A stretch of DNA of 37,410 nucleotides from a virus (IMGVR_UViG_3300006483_000017:1-37410), one strand, 5' to 3'; positions 9,343 to 18,514 are shown, counted from the first letter of the stretch. The notes: generated by a model not told the origin, from the sequence alone. A program made the numbers and translations.

Positions 9343-10434
9343 TTATGCGGTTTTGTATCCGGCTTCTCTCCTCTTCTTGTAGGTTTCATAGGTGTAGGTG
9401 TCATCCTGTTCAGGAGTATGGGCTGACTTCTGCTCTGGCTCCCATAACTTAACCTTATAACTGGCTAACAGTTTTTTGAACCCATCCTCCTGCATGGATA
9501 AACCTGCTTCGAGGAGGCCGTCTTTCATTGCAGGGGTGACTACTCCTGCCTTGATCTTGGCATCGATCATACTCCCTACTTTGGCCTTACTTGCCTCTAA
9601 TTTGAGTTTGTCCACTTCTTTGAGTTTCTCCTTATACTCATCAGGGAGTTTGGCCTCAATTTTACCTTCAACAAGACCGGTCACGGTGTCAGTGAGAGTT
9701 CCCACTGTTTCGGTTAAACTAGCCACTTGATTCTGTAAAACCTGTACTGGGTCATCCTTCAGGCCTTCATTTCCTCCTTCTCCTTCATGACCATCCTCTC
9801 CCTGGTTGGCCAATCCATCTTCTCCTTCTTTTTGGGATTGTACTTCTCCTTCATGTTTTCCCTTAATATCTTCTTCTGTCAAGGTATCTACCTCCATAAA
9901 TTTTGCATTTATCCGCTCATAACCCTCAGGCACTCCACCACCCTCAACGAGGCAGGTTTCACAGCCACCCTTACCAACAAGGTCCACTCTTTCAATGTCA
10001 CTGAAATAATCAGCCACCACATCAGCCTTATCTGTTGGACACTCCGCTGCTTTAACATCCTGCACAACACTCCAGGATTCAAGTTCACCCTGGTTGAATA
10101 ACTCCTGAACTATGGGATTGGTGAACTCAGCATCCTTGATCCTGATGGATTCCCCATCCGTTACCACATCAACGATTCGGCCAACATCATAGGGGTCTAA
10201 TTCTTGTTTTTCTAAGAGTTTCTTTAGGACCTGATTAGCATTCAGGGCCTGTTCAGGGATATGGTCAATTCCAATCGGGATATGGCCCTCTTCCCTGATT
10301 TTACGCTTCATAAGGTTATAATTTTGAAGTAAACTATATTGTGGTGCTGCCAATCTGACCGGCTGACCGGCAAGGCTGACCTTGTGGATTCCTGTCTTCC
10401 AGATAGCACCTCCAGGTTTATTGCTATCGCTCAT
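9343..10434 (-). CDS. Prohead protease-scaffold fusion (Mu gpI-like)
   Basis: N-terminal protease-like motifs (IGIDH, WSVV, VDLVGKGG), an acidic linker, and a coiled-coil C-terminal scaffold. Confidence 0.75.
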   Translation of the reverse strand: MSDSNKPGGAIWKTGIHKVSLAGQPVRLAAPQYSLLQNYNLMKRKIREEGHIPIGIDHIPEQALNANQVLKKLLEKQELDPYDVGRIVDVVTDGESIRIKDAEFTNPIVQELFNQGELESWSVVQDVKAAECPTDKADVVADYFSDIERVDLVGKGGCETCLVEGGGVPEGYERINAKFMEVDTLTEEDIKGKHEGEVQSQKEGEDGLANQGEDGHEGEGGNEGLKDDPVQVLQNQVASLTETVGTLTDTVTGLVEGKIEAKLPDEYKEKLKEVDKLKLEASKAKVGSMIDAKIKAGVVTPAMKDGLLEAGLSMQEDGFKKLLASYKVKLWEPEQKSAHTPEQDDTYTYETYKKRREAGYKTA

Positions 10435-10480
10435 GGTCTTATCTCACCTCAAATCATTTTTTTCAATAACAAAAAAAAAT

Positions 10481-11380
10481 TTAATCTTCGTCTTCTTTTT
10501 TGGGTTTCTTAGCCACTTTTTTAATAATCTTGGTCTGCTCATCACCTGTTAAGTTAATTCCTGTACCATCCTTAGGTATCTTGTAACCCTGCCGTTTCAT
10601 CTCCTTGATTTCAAGTTCATTCCTTTTCATCACTCTATCCAAGTAGTCTTTGGCATCTGCCTTATCATCGAAGAATATAGGTACACAAGCACAGTTAGGA
10701 TGATAGGGTGGAACATACCGGGTTTCATCAATGCTGAATACACCCTTACTGGCTATCTGTTTACAATAAATACAGGCTGCTCCTCTATGATCCACTATGA
10801 AGTATTTCTGACCGTTGGCTTTGGCCTGACTCCAATTAGCAATATTAGATGATCGCATTGTTTCAGTCCTGGCGATCATTCCGGCTCTTCCTTGAGTTAT
10901 ACCCACCCTCTCTGACATCTGTTTAACAATGTCAGTGGGAAATACTTTATTTTTATAGCCATCAGCCATTATCTGGCCTAATTGCATTTTAAGATCAGAA
11001 TCAAGTTTAGTGATGTAATTCACGGCACTGTTTACCATTGTTTCCTGAATGATTGACATCACCGCAGGATTGGCTGGAGTGGGTCCCTGAAATAAACCTA
11101 TCTTGAAGGCACTGCCTACATTGCTTTTGAATCGGGTAATATCTTCACTGTGGGTGTCAGTAGTGATGAATCCACGGTTGATCAATGCTCTGAGGATTTG
11201 TTCTAACTCGGCTGGGTTTTTATATGTCTTGGCAACGGCCTCTAATTCCATCCGGCTGGTGTTCAGTATCTTGGTGAGGATTTTTTCATTATCTGCGATC
11301 AGGTTATGTAGTCGTGGTGGAATGGCCTTGGCTTGTGCTGCCTGATCCCATGCACTGGCCCTGAGTATTGCCGTGGTCAT
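10481..11380 (-). CDS. Minor head protein (SPP1 gp7 / MuF family)
   Basis: RAGMIARTET, CxxC and PPYHPNCAC motifs. Confidence 0.88.
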   Translation of the reverse strand: MTTAILRASAWDQAAQAKAIPPRLHNLIADNEKILTKILNTSRMELEAVAKTYKNPAELEQILRALINRGFITTDTHSEDITRFKSNVGSAFKIGLFQGPTPANPAVMSIIQETMVNSAVNYITKLDSDLKMQLGQIMADGYKNKVFPTDIVKQMSERVGITQGRAGMIARTETMRSSNIANWSQAKANGQKYFIVDHRGAACIYCKQIASKGVFSIDETRYVPPYHPNCACVPIFFDDKADAKDYLDRVMKRNELEIKEMKRQGYKIPKDGTGINLTGDEQTKIIKKVAKKPKKEDED

Positions 11381-11511
11381 AATCCTAATAACTCCCTATT
11401 CCGTTCCTTCCTCTCGTGGATTTGTTTCTTTATACAGTCAGGGCAGTTATTATACACCCTGCTTGATGGTGTGAATGGTTTGCCACAGGTCATGCACTCT
11501 TTGGGTTTCAT
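11377..11511 (-). CDS. Small Zn-finger protein (44 aa, not in ORF track)
   Basis: MKPKECMTCGKPF..CPDC..; fills the portal-MuF gap, with an ATGA overlap on the MuF start. Confidence 0.65.
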   Translation of the reverse strand: MKPKECMTCGKPFTPSSRVYNNCPDCIKKQIHERKERNRELLGL

Positions 11512-11521
11512 AAATCTCAGT

Positions 11522-12907
11522 TTATTCTGGTGTGGTGGGATTCATAATCTCACCAATGCCTATTAACATCTCCTCATTCCGTTCCGCTAACTCCTCACCC
11601 TCCTCTTCAATGAATTCTTCCTCCTCCTCTGTTGGGAAGGCCTGATTTCCAGGCATTATCTCATCACTTACCTCAATATCAGCATATTCTTCCATGATCC
11701 GTTTCAACAATTGATGGAACCATTCACTGGATGGGTCGATCATGAATTTATCTGCCAATGGCTGTAAAGCCGATAAAAGGCCGAGAAGGTCCTTTTTGGT
11801 GAAGAGTTCAAACTCGAATTTAGGATACCTGTCAGTGATGAAGTTCAAATCTACAAGTGTTCTAATCATCTCCTGGATGCTGCTTGTCAGGTCCATGTGA
11901 ACTCCATCCAGGAAAATGTTCAATGTATCGGCATGGGTCTGGCTCTGTGCATAACTCCCACCCTTGGCCTCTGACTGGCCTAATAGAAGAGAACCTATCA
12001 TAAAGGCCCTGAATATCATTGTATCATGATAGTTGATGAACTGCATAAAGGCCTCTCCCCTATGCTGTGATTCCAATATCTCATATTTTTCCCCAGCCTT
12101 TCCAACGAATCCGGCTGTGCCCTCATGGATGCTGTCAATATTGCTTTGCATCTCATCAGCATTACTCGCACTAACCTCACTTTCATAACCTACTATTGTG
12201 GGTCCTTCATGCTTCTCCAGGAATACTGCTGCCCAGATGAGGATTTGATGTTTCATAAAATGGTTATCATAACAGGATTGCAGTATACTCTTCCCGTACT
12301 TATTTCCGAAGGTTTCATCAAAGGCGAAGATAATACATTTTTCGGCAGGTATAGGGATAACTTCCGTTCCAATGTTCTGATTTACTTGGATCACATCCCC
12401 ATACTCATCATAATCAAAACAGTCATTGAAGAGGGTTGAAATATGGATGGACCTTATAGTGTCAATTGTTATCCTGCCCTGATCCTCATTATACTTGTAA
12501 TTCACTTCACTGACTGCAAAACCATAAGGAATGGCACTGTAAAGGTCCTTCCTAACCTGTCGGAAGGGTGTCCTGAGGTTAGTGAGATTCTCCCGTACAA
12601 AGTCCGCTATTTCCACATCCTCTGGGTCTTCACTGGCCGGTGTTACATTGAATTTCCTTGATAGGAGGCTGTAAATTATCAGTCGTTCAGCAGCCTTTAT
12701 CTGTGGGTCCTTGAGCATCTCGTCATAATCAGTGTAATCCAGGTCATCTGGATTGTAACTTCCCTGGAACATATCCCTGATCCAATGATAGGAAGGTACT
12801 CTCTTACTCCTCTGACCTCCCATGAGGTCCTTGATATTCTTAATATCCTCCCTTTTAGCCTCCAGCCTCATGGGAACACCCAGATGAAAATAGTCATTCC
12901 AATCCAT
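11522..12907 (-). CDS. Portal protein (DUF935 / Mu gp29-like)
   Basis: D..IKAA, YGFAVSE, YGKSIL and GGSYAQSQTH motifs; follows TerL. Confidence 0.9.
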   Translation of the reverse strand: MDWNDYFHLGVPMRLEAKREDIKNIKDLMGGQRSKRVPSYHWIRDMFQGSYNPDDLDYTDYDEMLKDPQIKAAERLIIYSLLSRKFNVTPASEDPEDVEIADFVRENLTNLRTPFRQVRKDLYSAIPYGFAVSEVNYKYNEDQGRITIDTIRSIHISTLFNDCFDYDEYGDVIQVNQNIGTEVIPIPAEKCIIFAFDETFGNKYGKSILQSCYDNHFMKHQILIWAAVFLEKHEGPTIVGYESEVSASNADEMQSNIDSIHEGTAGFVGKAGEKYEILESQHRGEAFMQFINYHDTMIFRAFMIGSLLLGQSEAKGGSYAQSQTHADTLNIFLDGVHMDLTSSIQEMIRTLVDLNFITDRYPKFEFELFTKKDLLGLLSALQPLADKFMIDPSSEWFHQLLKRIMEEYADIEVSDEIMPGNQAFPTEEEEEFIEEEGEELAERNEEMLIGIGEIMNPTTPE

Positions 12908-14447
12908 GCTTCATACTCCTTTTAACTTTTTTACCACTGAATTTGTAGGTCTTCTTACTCCTCCGATAATCAGAACTCTTGCCACGACTAATCCAATACC
13001 TTGCACTGCCAGTCATAGTGTCCACAATGTTATCCTCCTCACCCTCAGTACCTGTGAATTGGATTAATTCATTCACGGCCTTTTTAATCTCATCAATAGT
13101 CATAGTGGCCTTGTTAAACCTGATCCGGCCTGTTTCTGCAAGGACCTCCAGGTCGAAACTGCGGTCCAGTTTACCTGTGCTGACCTTATCCGCAATGATA
13201 TTGTAACCTTCCAGTCGTGGGTCCTGCCTGAATCTCTGGATTAAAAGTTTAGTACCACTCCCACTTTCCTGTTCTACTATGCTGATTACTCTTTTGGTGT
13301 CCTTCCGGGTTGTGGAAACATATTTATTCAGCATTTCATCTGCTGTGAACTTGCCATGCACTAATCCATTGAAAATTAGAATGTCATCAAGATAGGTGGA
13401 TTTAATACCGGCAGCCGCATCTCCTTCCTCACCACTCGCTGCGAAGTCCCAATACCGGACCTGATTATACTCTGATGGTAAGAATTGGCGGTCAGTTAAT
13501 ATTCGTGGTAATGGCTCTCCCTTCTCATCCAGGAACCATTCCCGCTTAAAGGTATAACCCTCCATTTCCTGAGGATTACCCTGATAAATAGCATTGAAAA
13601 GGAAACTGCCCATTGCCTTTTTTTCGGCCATGAGCCAGTCATAATCTCTCTGCTCCTTCCATAACACCTGGCCTTTCTGTCTTCCCAGGAGGTCCTCCTG
13701 AGGATCTTCACAGATGGCCGGGAAATTCACATCCACCCATACATCTGGTGGTATTGTTCCTCCTCCTCTGAGGATCATCAGGGCTTCCTTAGCACTGATA
13801 TAGGGTTCGTTTTGTTTGATTATCCCATGCAGGTCATTGATATTCAGTCGCTGTGCTGTCACCAGCATAATGGGTGGTAGGCCGTTATCCCGTGTTTCAA
13901 GGCTGGTCTTCGCTGTTCCCATTATCCATTCTTTAAGATTCCTTTGGATTGTTGGACTCCTGGCCTCTTTACTGTTCTTGATTGGGTCATCAATTACGAA
14001 TAATCCTGCACCCCACCCTACAATTCCACCACTTGCACCAACGGCCAACATTCGGCCTGTGTAGGGCTTTTTGAGGTGGAATTTGTTATTGGCCTTACTA
14101 TCTGTACTCAGTTTAACATTATAAGGGCTGAGTTTTCCATGCTCCTCCAGGATGTATTTGACTGCTCGGCCAAAGTCACTGGCCAGGTATTGGTTGTAAC
14201 TTGAGAGTATGACATCATCATAAGGATAATGGGCCATGAAGTAACTGACAAAATTCTTACTGATCAAGACGGACTTACCATGCCGTCTGGGAAGGCTGAA
14301 TAAAAGTTTGGACACTCGGCCAAGGAGGGCATACTGCAATAATTCTATGATGAGTATGTCGAAGTCCCTGAGATACCATCCACCATTATTCACATAAATG
14401 GACCATCTGACCAGGCCCAATTGTCCATGATCCTGATTGGGGTCCAC
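12894..14447 (-). CDS. terL: Terminase large subunit
   Basis: Walker A PRRHGKS, Walker B FVIDDP, YQGNP, nuclease-domain RYWDFAA and EDNIVD. Confidence 0.95.
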   Translation of the reverse strand: MDPNQDHGQLGLVRWSIYVNNGGWYLRDFDILIIELLQYALLGRVSKLLFSLPRRHGKSVLISKNFVSYFMAHYPYDDVILSSYNQYLASDFGRAVKYILEEHGKLSPYNVKLSTDSKANNKFHLKKPYTGRMLAVGASGGIVGWGAGLFVIDDPIKNSKEARSPTIQRNLKEWIMGTAKTSLETRDNGLPPIMLVTAQRLNINDLHGIIKQNEPYISAKEALMILRGGGTIPPDVWVDVNFPAICEDPQEDLLGRQKGQVLWKEQRDYDWLMAEKKAMGSFLFNAIYQGNPQEMEGYTFKREWFLDEKGEPLPRILTDRQFLPSEYNQVRYWDFAASGEEGDAAAGIKSTYLDDILIFNGLVHGKFTADEMLNKYVSTTRKDTKRVISIVEQESGSGTKLLIQRFRQDPRLEGYNIIADKVSTGKLDRSFDLEVLAETGRIRFNKATMTIDEIKKAVNELIQFTGTEGEEDNIVDTMTGSARYWISRGKSSDYRRSKKTYKFSGKKVKRSMKHGLE

Positions 14448-14448
14448 A

Positions 14449-15057
14449 CTATCCCTGACCTCCCCTTCGTCTTTCTAATAACTCCTTGGCAAATTCAAGT
14501 TCCCTCTTCATGAATGCTTCATCATTAAAGTGATGTTTGACCTCATGATCCATCTGACCAGCGACATTCACCTTGATCTCATCACGGTCCTCCATGTCTT
14601 TCAGTTCATCCATGCAGTACCGCCAGAGGTTGAATGCCTCTGTTGGATTTGTCGGAATATATTCACCTTTTTCCAACAATTCCTGTTTTTTCTCATCAGG
14701 TAGGTAGTATCTGTCTGCCTTTGCCAACATCTGTATAATTTTTATTCGACGATTGCTAACACTCTTCGTGATGGCAGTCCTAATCTTTTCTTCCTGAGTC
14801 TGCTCTTTAAGCCGGTCCTCTTCACTTTCTTTTTCCGCAGCCTCCAAGAATCCGGCCCTGACACCTTTAATCCATAACTTCTCCCATTCACCCTTCTTAG
14901 CCCATTCTGCTATTGTGCTGTGATGGACCTTTATGTTGAAGTCTTGTTGGATTTTGTCGGAAACTTGTCGTGTGCTGTACTTCCTGTCAGTGCCATCTTC
15001 ATTAGGAAGTAGGTACATATCCTTGGCGTAGGATTTTATTTCTGGACTGTAAGCCAT
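14449..15057 (-). CDS. terS: Terminase small subunit (putative)
   Basis: N-terminal HTH (STRQVS..HSTIAEWAK..W) directly upstream of TerL. Confidence 0.75.
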   Translation of the reverse strand: MAYSPEIKSYAKDMYLLPNEDGTDRKYSTRQVSDKIQQDFNIKVHHSTIAEWAKKGEWEKLWIKGVRAGFLEAAEKESEEDRLKEQTQEEKIRTAITKSVSNRRIKIIQMLAKADRYYLPDEKKQELLEKGEYIPTNPTEAFNLWRYCMDELKDMEDRDEIKVNVAGQMDHEVKHHFNDEAFMKRELEFAKELLERRRGGQG

Positions 15058-15084
15058 AAGTATTACCCCTCGTGTTGTTTGTTA

Positions 15085-15216
15085 TTATGATTCTTGGTTT
15101 AATTTCTCAGTGCATAATTCAAGAATCTTATCAGCCGGGTTGTCCTTGAGGACTGCCTTTACTATGTCAGCCTCTTCCGCATGGAATACGAGGGTGATCC
15201 TGTAAACACTTTTCAT
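15085..15216 (-). CDS. Small ORF (43 aa), possibly the 3' remnant of a longer gene
   Basis: MKSVYRITLVFHAEEADIVKAVLKDNPADKILELCTEKLNQES; the frame stays open upstream to ~15270 with no better start. Confidence 0.4.
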   Translation of the reverse strand: MKSVYRITLVFHAEEADIVKAVLKDNPADKILELCTEKLNQES

Positions 15217-15265
15217 TTCTTTTTTGGCCTGTTCCCGGTCCTCCCGGTTTTTGGCTTGTTGAATT

Positions 15266-15757
15266 TTATTTTAATAGGAAAAAGTCCTTAATCACTATAT
15301 ATGCAACATAGAATATTATTGCACTCGTAGTCGCTCCCATGAACCATTTGGTAACTCCCATACTACCTTCCATGTTACTCAGCCTTTTATTGAACTCTAT
15401 CAATTCCGCAGTCATTGTAGTGATTACCGACTCTAATTTATCAAGGTCCTTATCCTGCTTTCCATTAACAATTTCACGGTTACTTATACTCTGCTTTAAT
15501 TCATTGATTTCTGATTTCAGGCCCTCAAAACCCTCCTGGATTCTCTTATTACCGCTCTTCATGTCACTCTGAATTCTTTCCAGGGTTTCCTTCTGACCAC
15601 ACTCATAGTAACCCAGGCTCTGCTTATCCCTGATCACCTTGAGGATATTCTTCACAGTCCGTTCGAGTTTGGTTACTCTGTCTTTCAATGATGAGTCACT
15701 GATAATATCCCTCTCCTCTACTTCCATAATGGCTGGTTTAAGGTTTATCGGTTTCAT
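15266..15757 (-). CDS. Coiled-coil protein with C-terminal TM helix
   Basis: Heptad pattern; hydrophobic C-terminus WFMGATTSAIIFYVAYIVI; RBS GGGAG. Confidence 0.75.
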   Translation of the reverse strand: MKPINLKPAIMEVEERDIISDSSLKDRVTKLERTVKNILKVIRDKQSLGYYECGQKETLERIQSDMKSGNKRIQEGFEGLKSEINELKQSISNREIVNGKQDKDLDKLESVITTMTAELIEFNKRLSNMEGSMGVTKWFMGATTSAIIFYVAYIVIKDFFLLK

Positions 15758-15783
15758 GAACTCCCTTATCTCTCATACTCTTT

Positions 15784-15996
15784 TTAGGCAACTTCCTGTT
15801 CAGGGATGTTTTGACCATATTCTTTAACTACTTCCCTAACACCCAGGAATACGAGGAAAAGAACGATTCTGAGGACTTCCTGATATATTTGGGGTACAAA
15901 GGGTAATATGGCAGTTATTATCTGGTCCTGTATCATAACTGCTCCCACGGCCATTGCCAATAAGAATGTACTCACTATTCGATATTTTTTATCCAT
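15784..15996 (-). CDS. Small two-TM membrane protein (holin-like)
   Basis: 70 aa with two hydrophobic helices; RBS GGAGG. Confidence 0.7.
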   Translation of the reverse strand: MDKKYRIVSTFLLAMAVGAVMIQDQIITAILPFVPQIYQEVLRIVLFLVFLGVREVVKEYGQNIPEQEVA

Positions 15997-16025
15997 AAAC
16001 TAAATCCTCCTAATACACTTTTTTT

Positions 16026-16112
16026 TTATTGAATGAATAAGATGATTAAAACAAGGAGTAAAGTAATGCATATACAGGTTAAACTGAAAATATCATCACT
16101 TTCCAATTTCAA
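16026..16112 (-). CDS. 28-aa single-TM peptide (not in ORF track)
   Basis: RBS GGAGGTG followed by TTG: MKLESDDIFSLTCICITLLLVLIILFIQ. Confidence 0.55.
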   Translation of the reverse strand: MKLESDDIFSLTCICITLLLVLIILFIQ

Positions 16113-16148
16113 TTTTATACACCTCCACAAAAAAGAAATAAAGAAATG

Positions 16149-16258
16149 GGTGGTAGTGAATATTAATTCTGACGGTCTTTTTTTTTTTGTAGGTGATTAA
16201 ATGACATCCTGAAAAACCCATTTTTTGCTCCAGGGGAAAAATCTTATCCACTACCACC
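16149..16258 (-). other. Long intergenic stem-loop (candidate structured RNA / terminator)
   Basis: 14-bp arms at 16149..16162 and 16245..16258; the single mismatch becomes G-U on the minus-strand RNA; encloses a T13 (+) tract. Confidence 0.55.
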
Positions 16259-16282
16259 GAGGGGGTTCTCATAGATAAAATA

Positions 16283-16774
16283 CTATGAGGTTGATGCTGT
16301 GATTAACTGGATGGAGTTCATATTCATCATTTCATTAAACATATCCAGTATCCTCTCTTCTCTGGTGGGTTCTTTTGGTGATTCTGCTGAGTCGTATTCA
16401 GGTGTGGGTTCTGGTTCTGGTATTGTTGTAGGTATAAGCCAATATCCTTCACCTGAATGGATCTTCCCACACTTGGCACAGTAATCACGATCGCAAAAAT
16501 TACAAGCCCATAATCCTTCCGGTGAAGTATAAGCAGGGCCAGAATAAGGGCCTTGCTCGAAGTATAGGCAGTTATAATGACCGCATCCAGGACAATAGTC
16601 TATGAAAGTTCCTGTACCGTAATCATAACTTGACATTCCACAACTGCATCTTGCGGTGGCTGAAACCCATCCATCCCCATCCACTACATTATACGCACCG
16701 ACATATTCACCGTGTACTGCTGGGATGAATAGGAGTGCTGTGAATAGTATGAGGATGTATTGTAGTCGCTTAAT
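16283..16774 (-). CDS. Secreted Cys-rich protein, probable ATT start
   Basis: The frame extends 30 codons beyond the GTG at 16684 to ATT behind RBS GAGGAGGTG, adding the signal peptide (M)KRLQYILILFTALLFIPAVHG. Contains CxC and three CxxC motifs plus a Pro/Glu linker. Confidence 0.72.
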   Translation of the reverse strand: MKRLQYILILFTALLFIPAVHGEYVGAYNVVDGDGWVSATARCSCGMSSYDYGTGTFIDYCPGCGHYNCLYFEQGPYSGPAYTSPEGLWACNFCDRDYCAKCGKIHSGEGYWLIPTTIPEPEPTPEYDSAESPKEPTREERILDMFNEMMNMNSIQLITASTS

Positions 16775-16911
16775 ACTGACACCTCCTCAAAGTATGGTGG
16801 TGTTCTCTCAGTCTTAACTCGGCTACGCCTTAACTTATGGCCACTAACCTTTAAAAGCCTGGCTAAGGCTTGTAAGTACATAATATCTACCTCAAAAGTA
16901 ATGATCTAACC

Positions 16912-16925
16912 ATTATAAATTCTAT
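16912..16925 (-). promoter_or_regulatory. Candidate TATA box for the late/structural transcript
   Basis: Minus-strand TTTATAAT upstream of the long co-oriented structural block. Confidence 0.35.
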
Positions 16926-17144
16926 ATTTGGACTAAAGACCATGTTAAATCTTATATTAACAACAGGAAAGCTTATGTATGGTTATTAAGGGTTTATGAA
17001 TTAGAAAATCCTGAAATGGTTACTATGGCAACAGGACAAATATACGCTAAAGTAAACAAAAATATCGATTTAACAAATATGAAACCTGTTTTAAGCGATG
17101 AAAAGTTCAATGAAACAGTTGAAAAAATTAAAAAAGTTGTTTAG
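16920..17144 (+). pseudogene. 5'-truncated DUF1802-like gene fragment
   Basis: FYIWTKDHVKSY..AYVWLLRVYEL..PVLSDEKF resembles the DUF1802 C-terminus. In-frame TGA at 16902; no start codon for the N-terminal part. Confidence 0.65.
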
Positions 17145-17150
17145 AGTGTA

Positions 17151-18290
17151 TCAAATCTTCACAGACTCTAAAAAACTGTATTCAACCTTAGGAGTAAAGA
17201 GAGTTCCATGAACATTTGAAAGTCTCTCTTTAGAAACCCTTATAGCATTTTCAGAACTATCAATACCTATCCAGTTTCTACCTAACATCTGAGAAGCAAC
17301 TAATGTTGTTCCAGACCCACAAAAAGAATCAAGCACCAAGTCTCCAGGATTCGAAGAAGCAGATATTATCATTTTTAATAGATCAAGATTTTTTTCTGTA
17401 GGATAAGATGGAATTTGAGAATCTTTATATTCCCATATATCCTGCACTAACTTTCCTTCAGCAATCTTATCTTCAGCATAAATCTTTTTCCTAGGCACTC
17501 CATTCTTAGACCATTCAACAAGTCCTTCTTTATCTAACTTATCTAATTCTACAGGATTACTTCTCCAATGTCTCCCTTTTGGAGGGTACATTCCTTTCCA
17601 TTTCTGACCAGTTGGACCATCTCGAGTTTCTCCAGGGGCGTGCAGAGGAACTGTTGTGTATCTCCTACCATTTTCATCTACTTTTTTAAATAAACGTTCT
17701 ATATCTTTTTTAGAAAAAGGAACACGTGGATCGTTCCAAGTGTACTTTTTAGATTTAGTATAAAAAAGAATCATGTCCTTAATATTTCCGTAAGATTTTC
17801 GCTTGAAATTCTTAGGATTACATTTGATTCTAGTTATGTCATTTCTAAAATTATCATAGCCAAAAATTTCATCCATGATTATTTTTACGTAATGCCCTAT
17901 TTTATAATCTATATGTAAATAAATTGAGCCTTTTTTGGATAATAAATCATTAATTAATATTAATCGTTCCCGAAGAAACTCTATGAACTCTGAGCCAGTT
18001 AAAGAATCGCTATATGCTAACTGATCAGAATGACTAGAGCTAATGGTATTGGCCCTTGAATCACCTATTTTAAAAACATTTTTTGTTGAAAATGGAGGAT
18101 CAATATAGACTAAATCAACTTTACCGTTCATTTCATAATTATCAAGCAATGTTTTCATTACGTTGATGTTTTCTCCGTGTATTAACTTATTTGGAGAGTT
18201 TTTATTATTACTAACTATTTTAAGAGGAATAGTTTCAGTTTTTTCTTTAATAATACCCGCAGAAATCTTTCCATCATATTCTAATAACAT
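17151..18290 (-). CDS. Orphan amino-DNA methyltransferase (N6A/N4C, beta class)
   Basis: Motif IV YIDPPF precedes motif I DSFCGSGT; YPTEK also present. AT-rich. Start at 18290 or 18302. No restriction endonuclease in the window. Confidence 0.92.
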   Translation of the reverse strand: MLLEYDGKISAGIIKEKTETIPLKIVSNNKNSPNKLIHGENINVMKTLLDNYEMNGKVDLVYIDPPFSTKNVFKIGDSRANTISSSHSDQLAYSDSLTGSEFIEFLRERLILINDLLSKKGSIYLHIDYKIGHYVKIIMDEIFGYDNFRNDITRIKCNPKNFKRKSYGNIKDMILFYTKSKKYTWNDPRVPFSKKDIERLFKKVDENGRRYTTVPLHAPGETRDGPTGQKWKGMYPPKGRHWRSNPVELDKLDKEGLVEWSKNGVPRKKIYAEDKIAEGKLVQDIWEYKDSQIPSYPTEKNLDLLKMIISASSNPGDLVLDSFCGSGTTLVASQMLGRNWIGIDSSENAIRVSKERLSNVHGTLFTPKVEYSFLESVKI

Positions 18291-18316
18291 AACAGAAAAC
18301 ATCCCCTTATATTTTT

Positions 18317-18514
18317 TTAGAATTCTTTGTACTGATTCAGGTCCTCTGACCTAGCAATTTTTTTATGAAGTTTTGTTATGAGATAATGTGATCCGCATGA
18401 TGAACAAAAAATGGCCTTACCTCTATGGATTGATAAACCATTATTCCTACAATTTTTGCAGGAGTAAATTGTTAACTTGAGGTTTGAATCTGACATTTTT
18501 CTATCAATCCTCAT
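18317..18514 (-). CDS. Small Zn-ribbon protein
   Basis: CKNC..CSSC. Confidence 0.6.
   Translation of the reverse strand: MRIDRKMSDSNLKLTIYSCKNCRNNGLSIHRGKAIFCSSCGSHYLITKLHKKIARSEDLNQYKEF

Noticed and set aside
10481..11380. MuF-fused polymorphic toxin
   Set aside because: The C-terminal extension after the HPNC motif is only ~65 aa, has no toxin motif, and no immunity-like gene follows.
17151..18514. Complete restriction-modification system, or a named MTase specificity
   Set aside because: No endonuclease gene is adjacent, and specificity cannot be assigned without a REBASE comparison.
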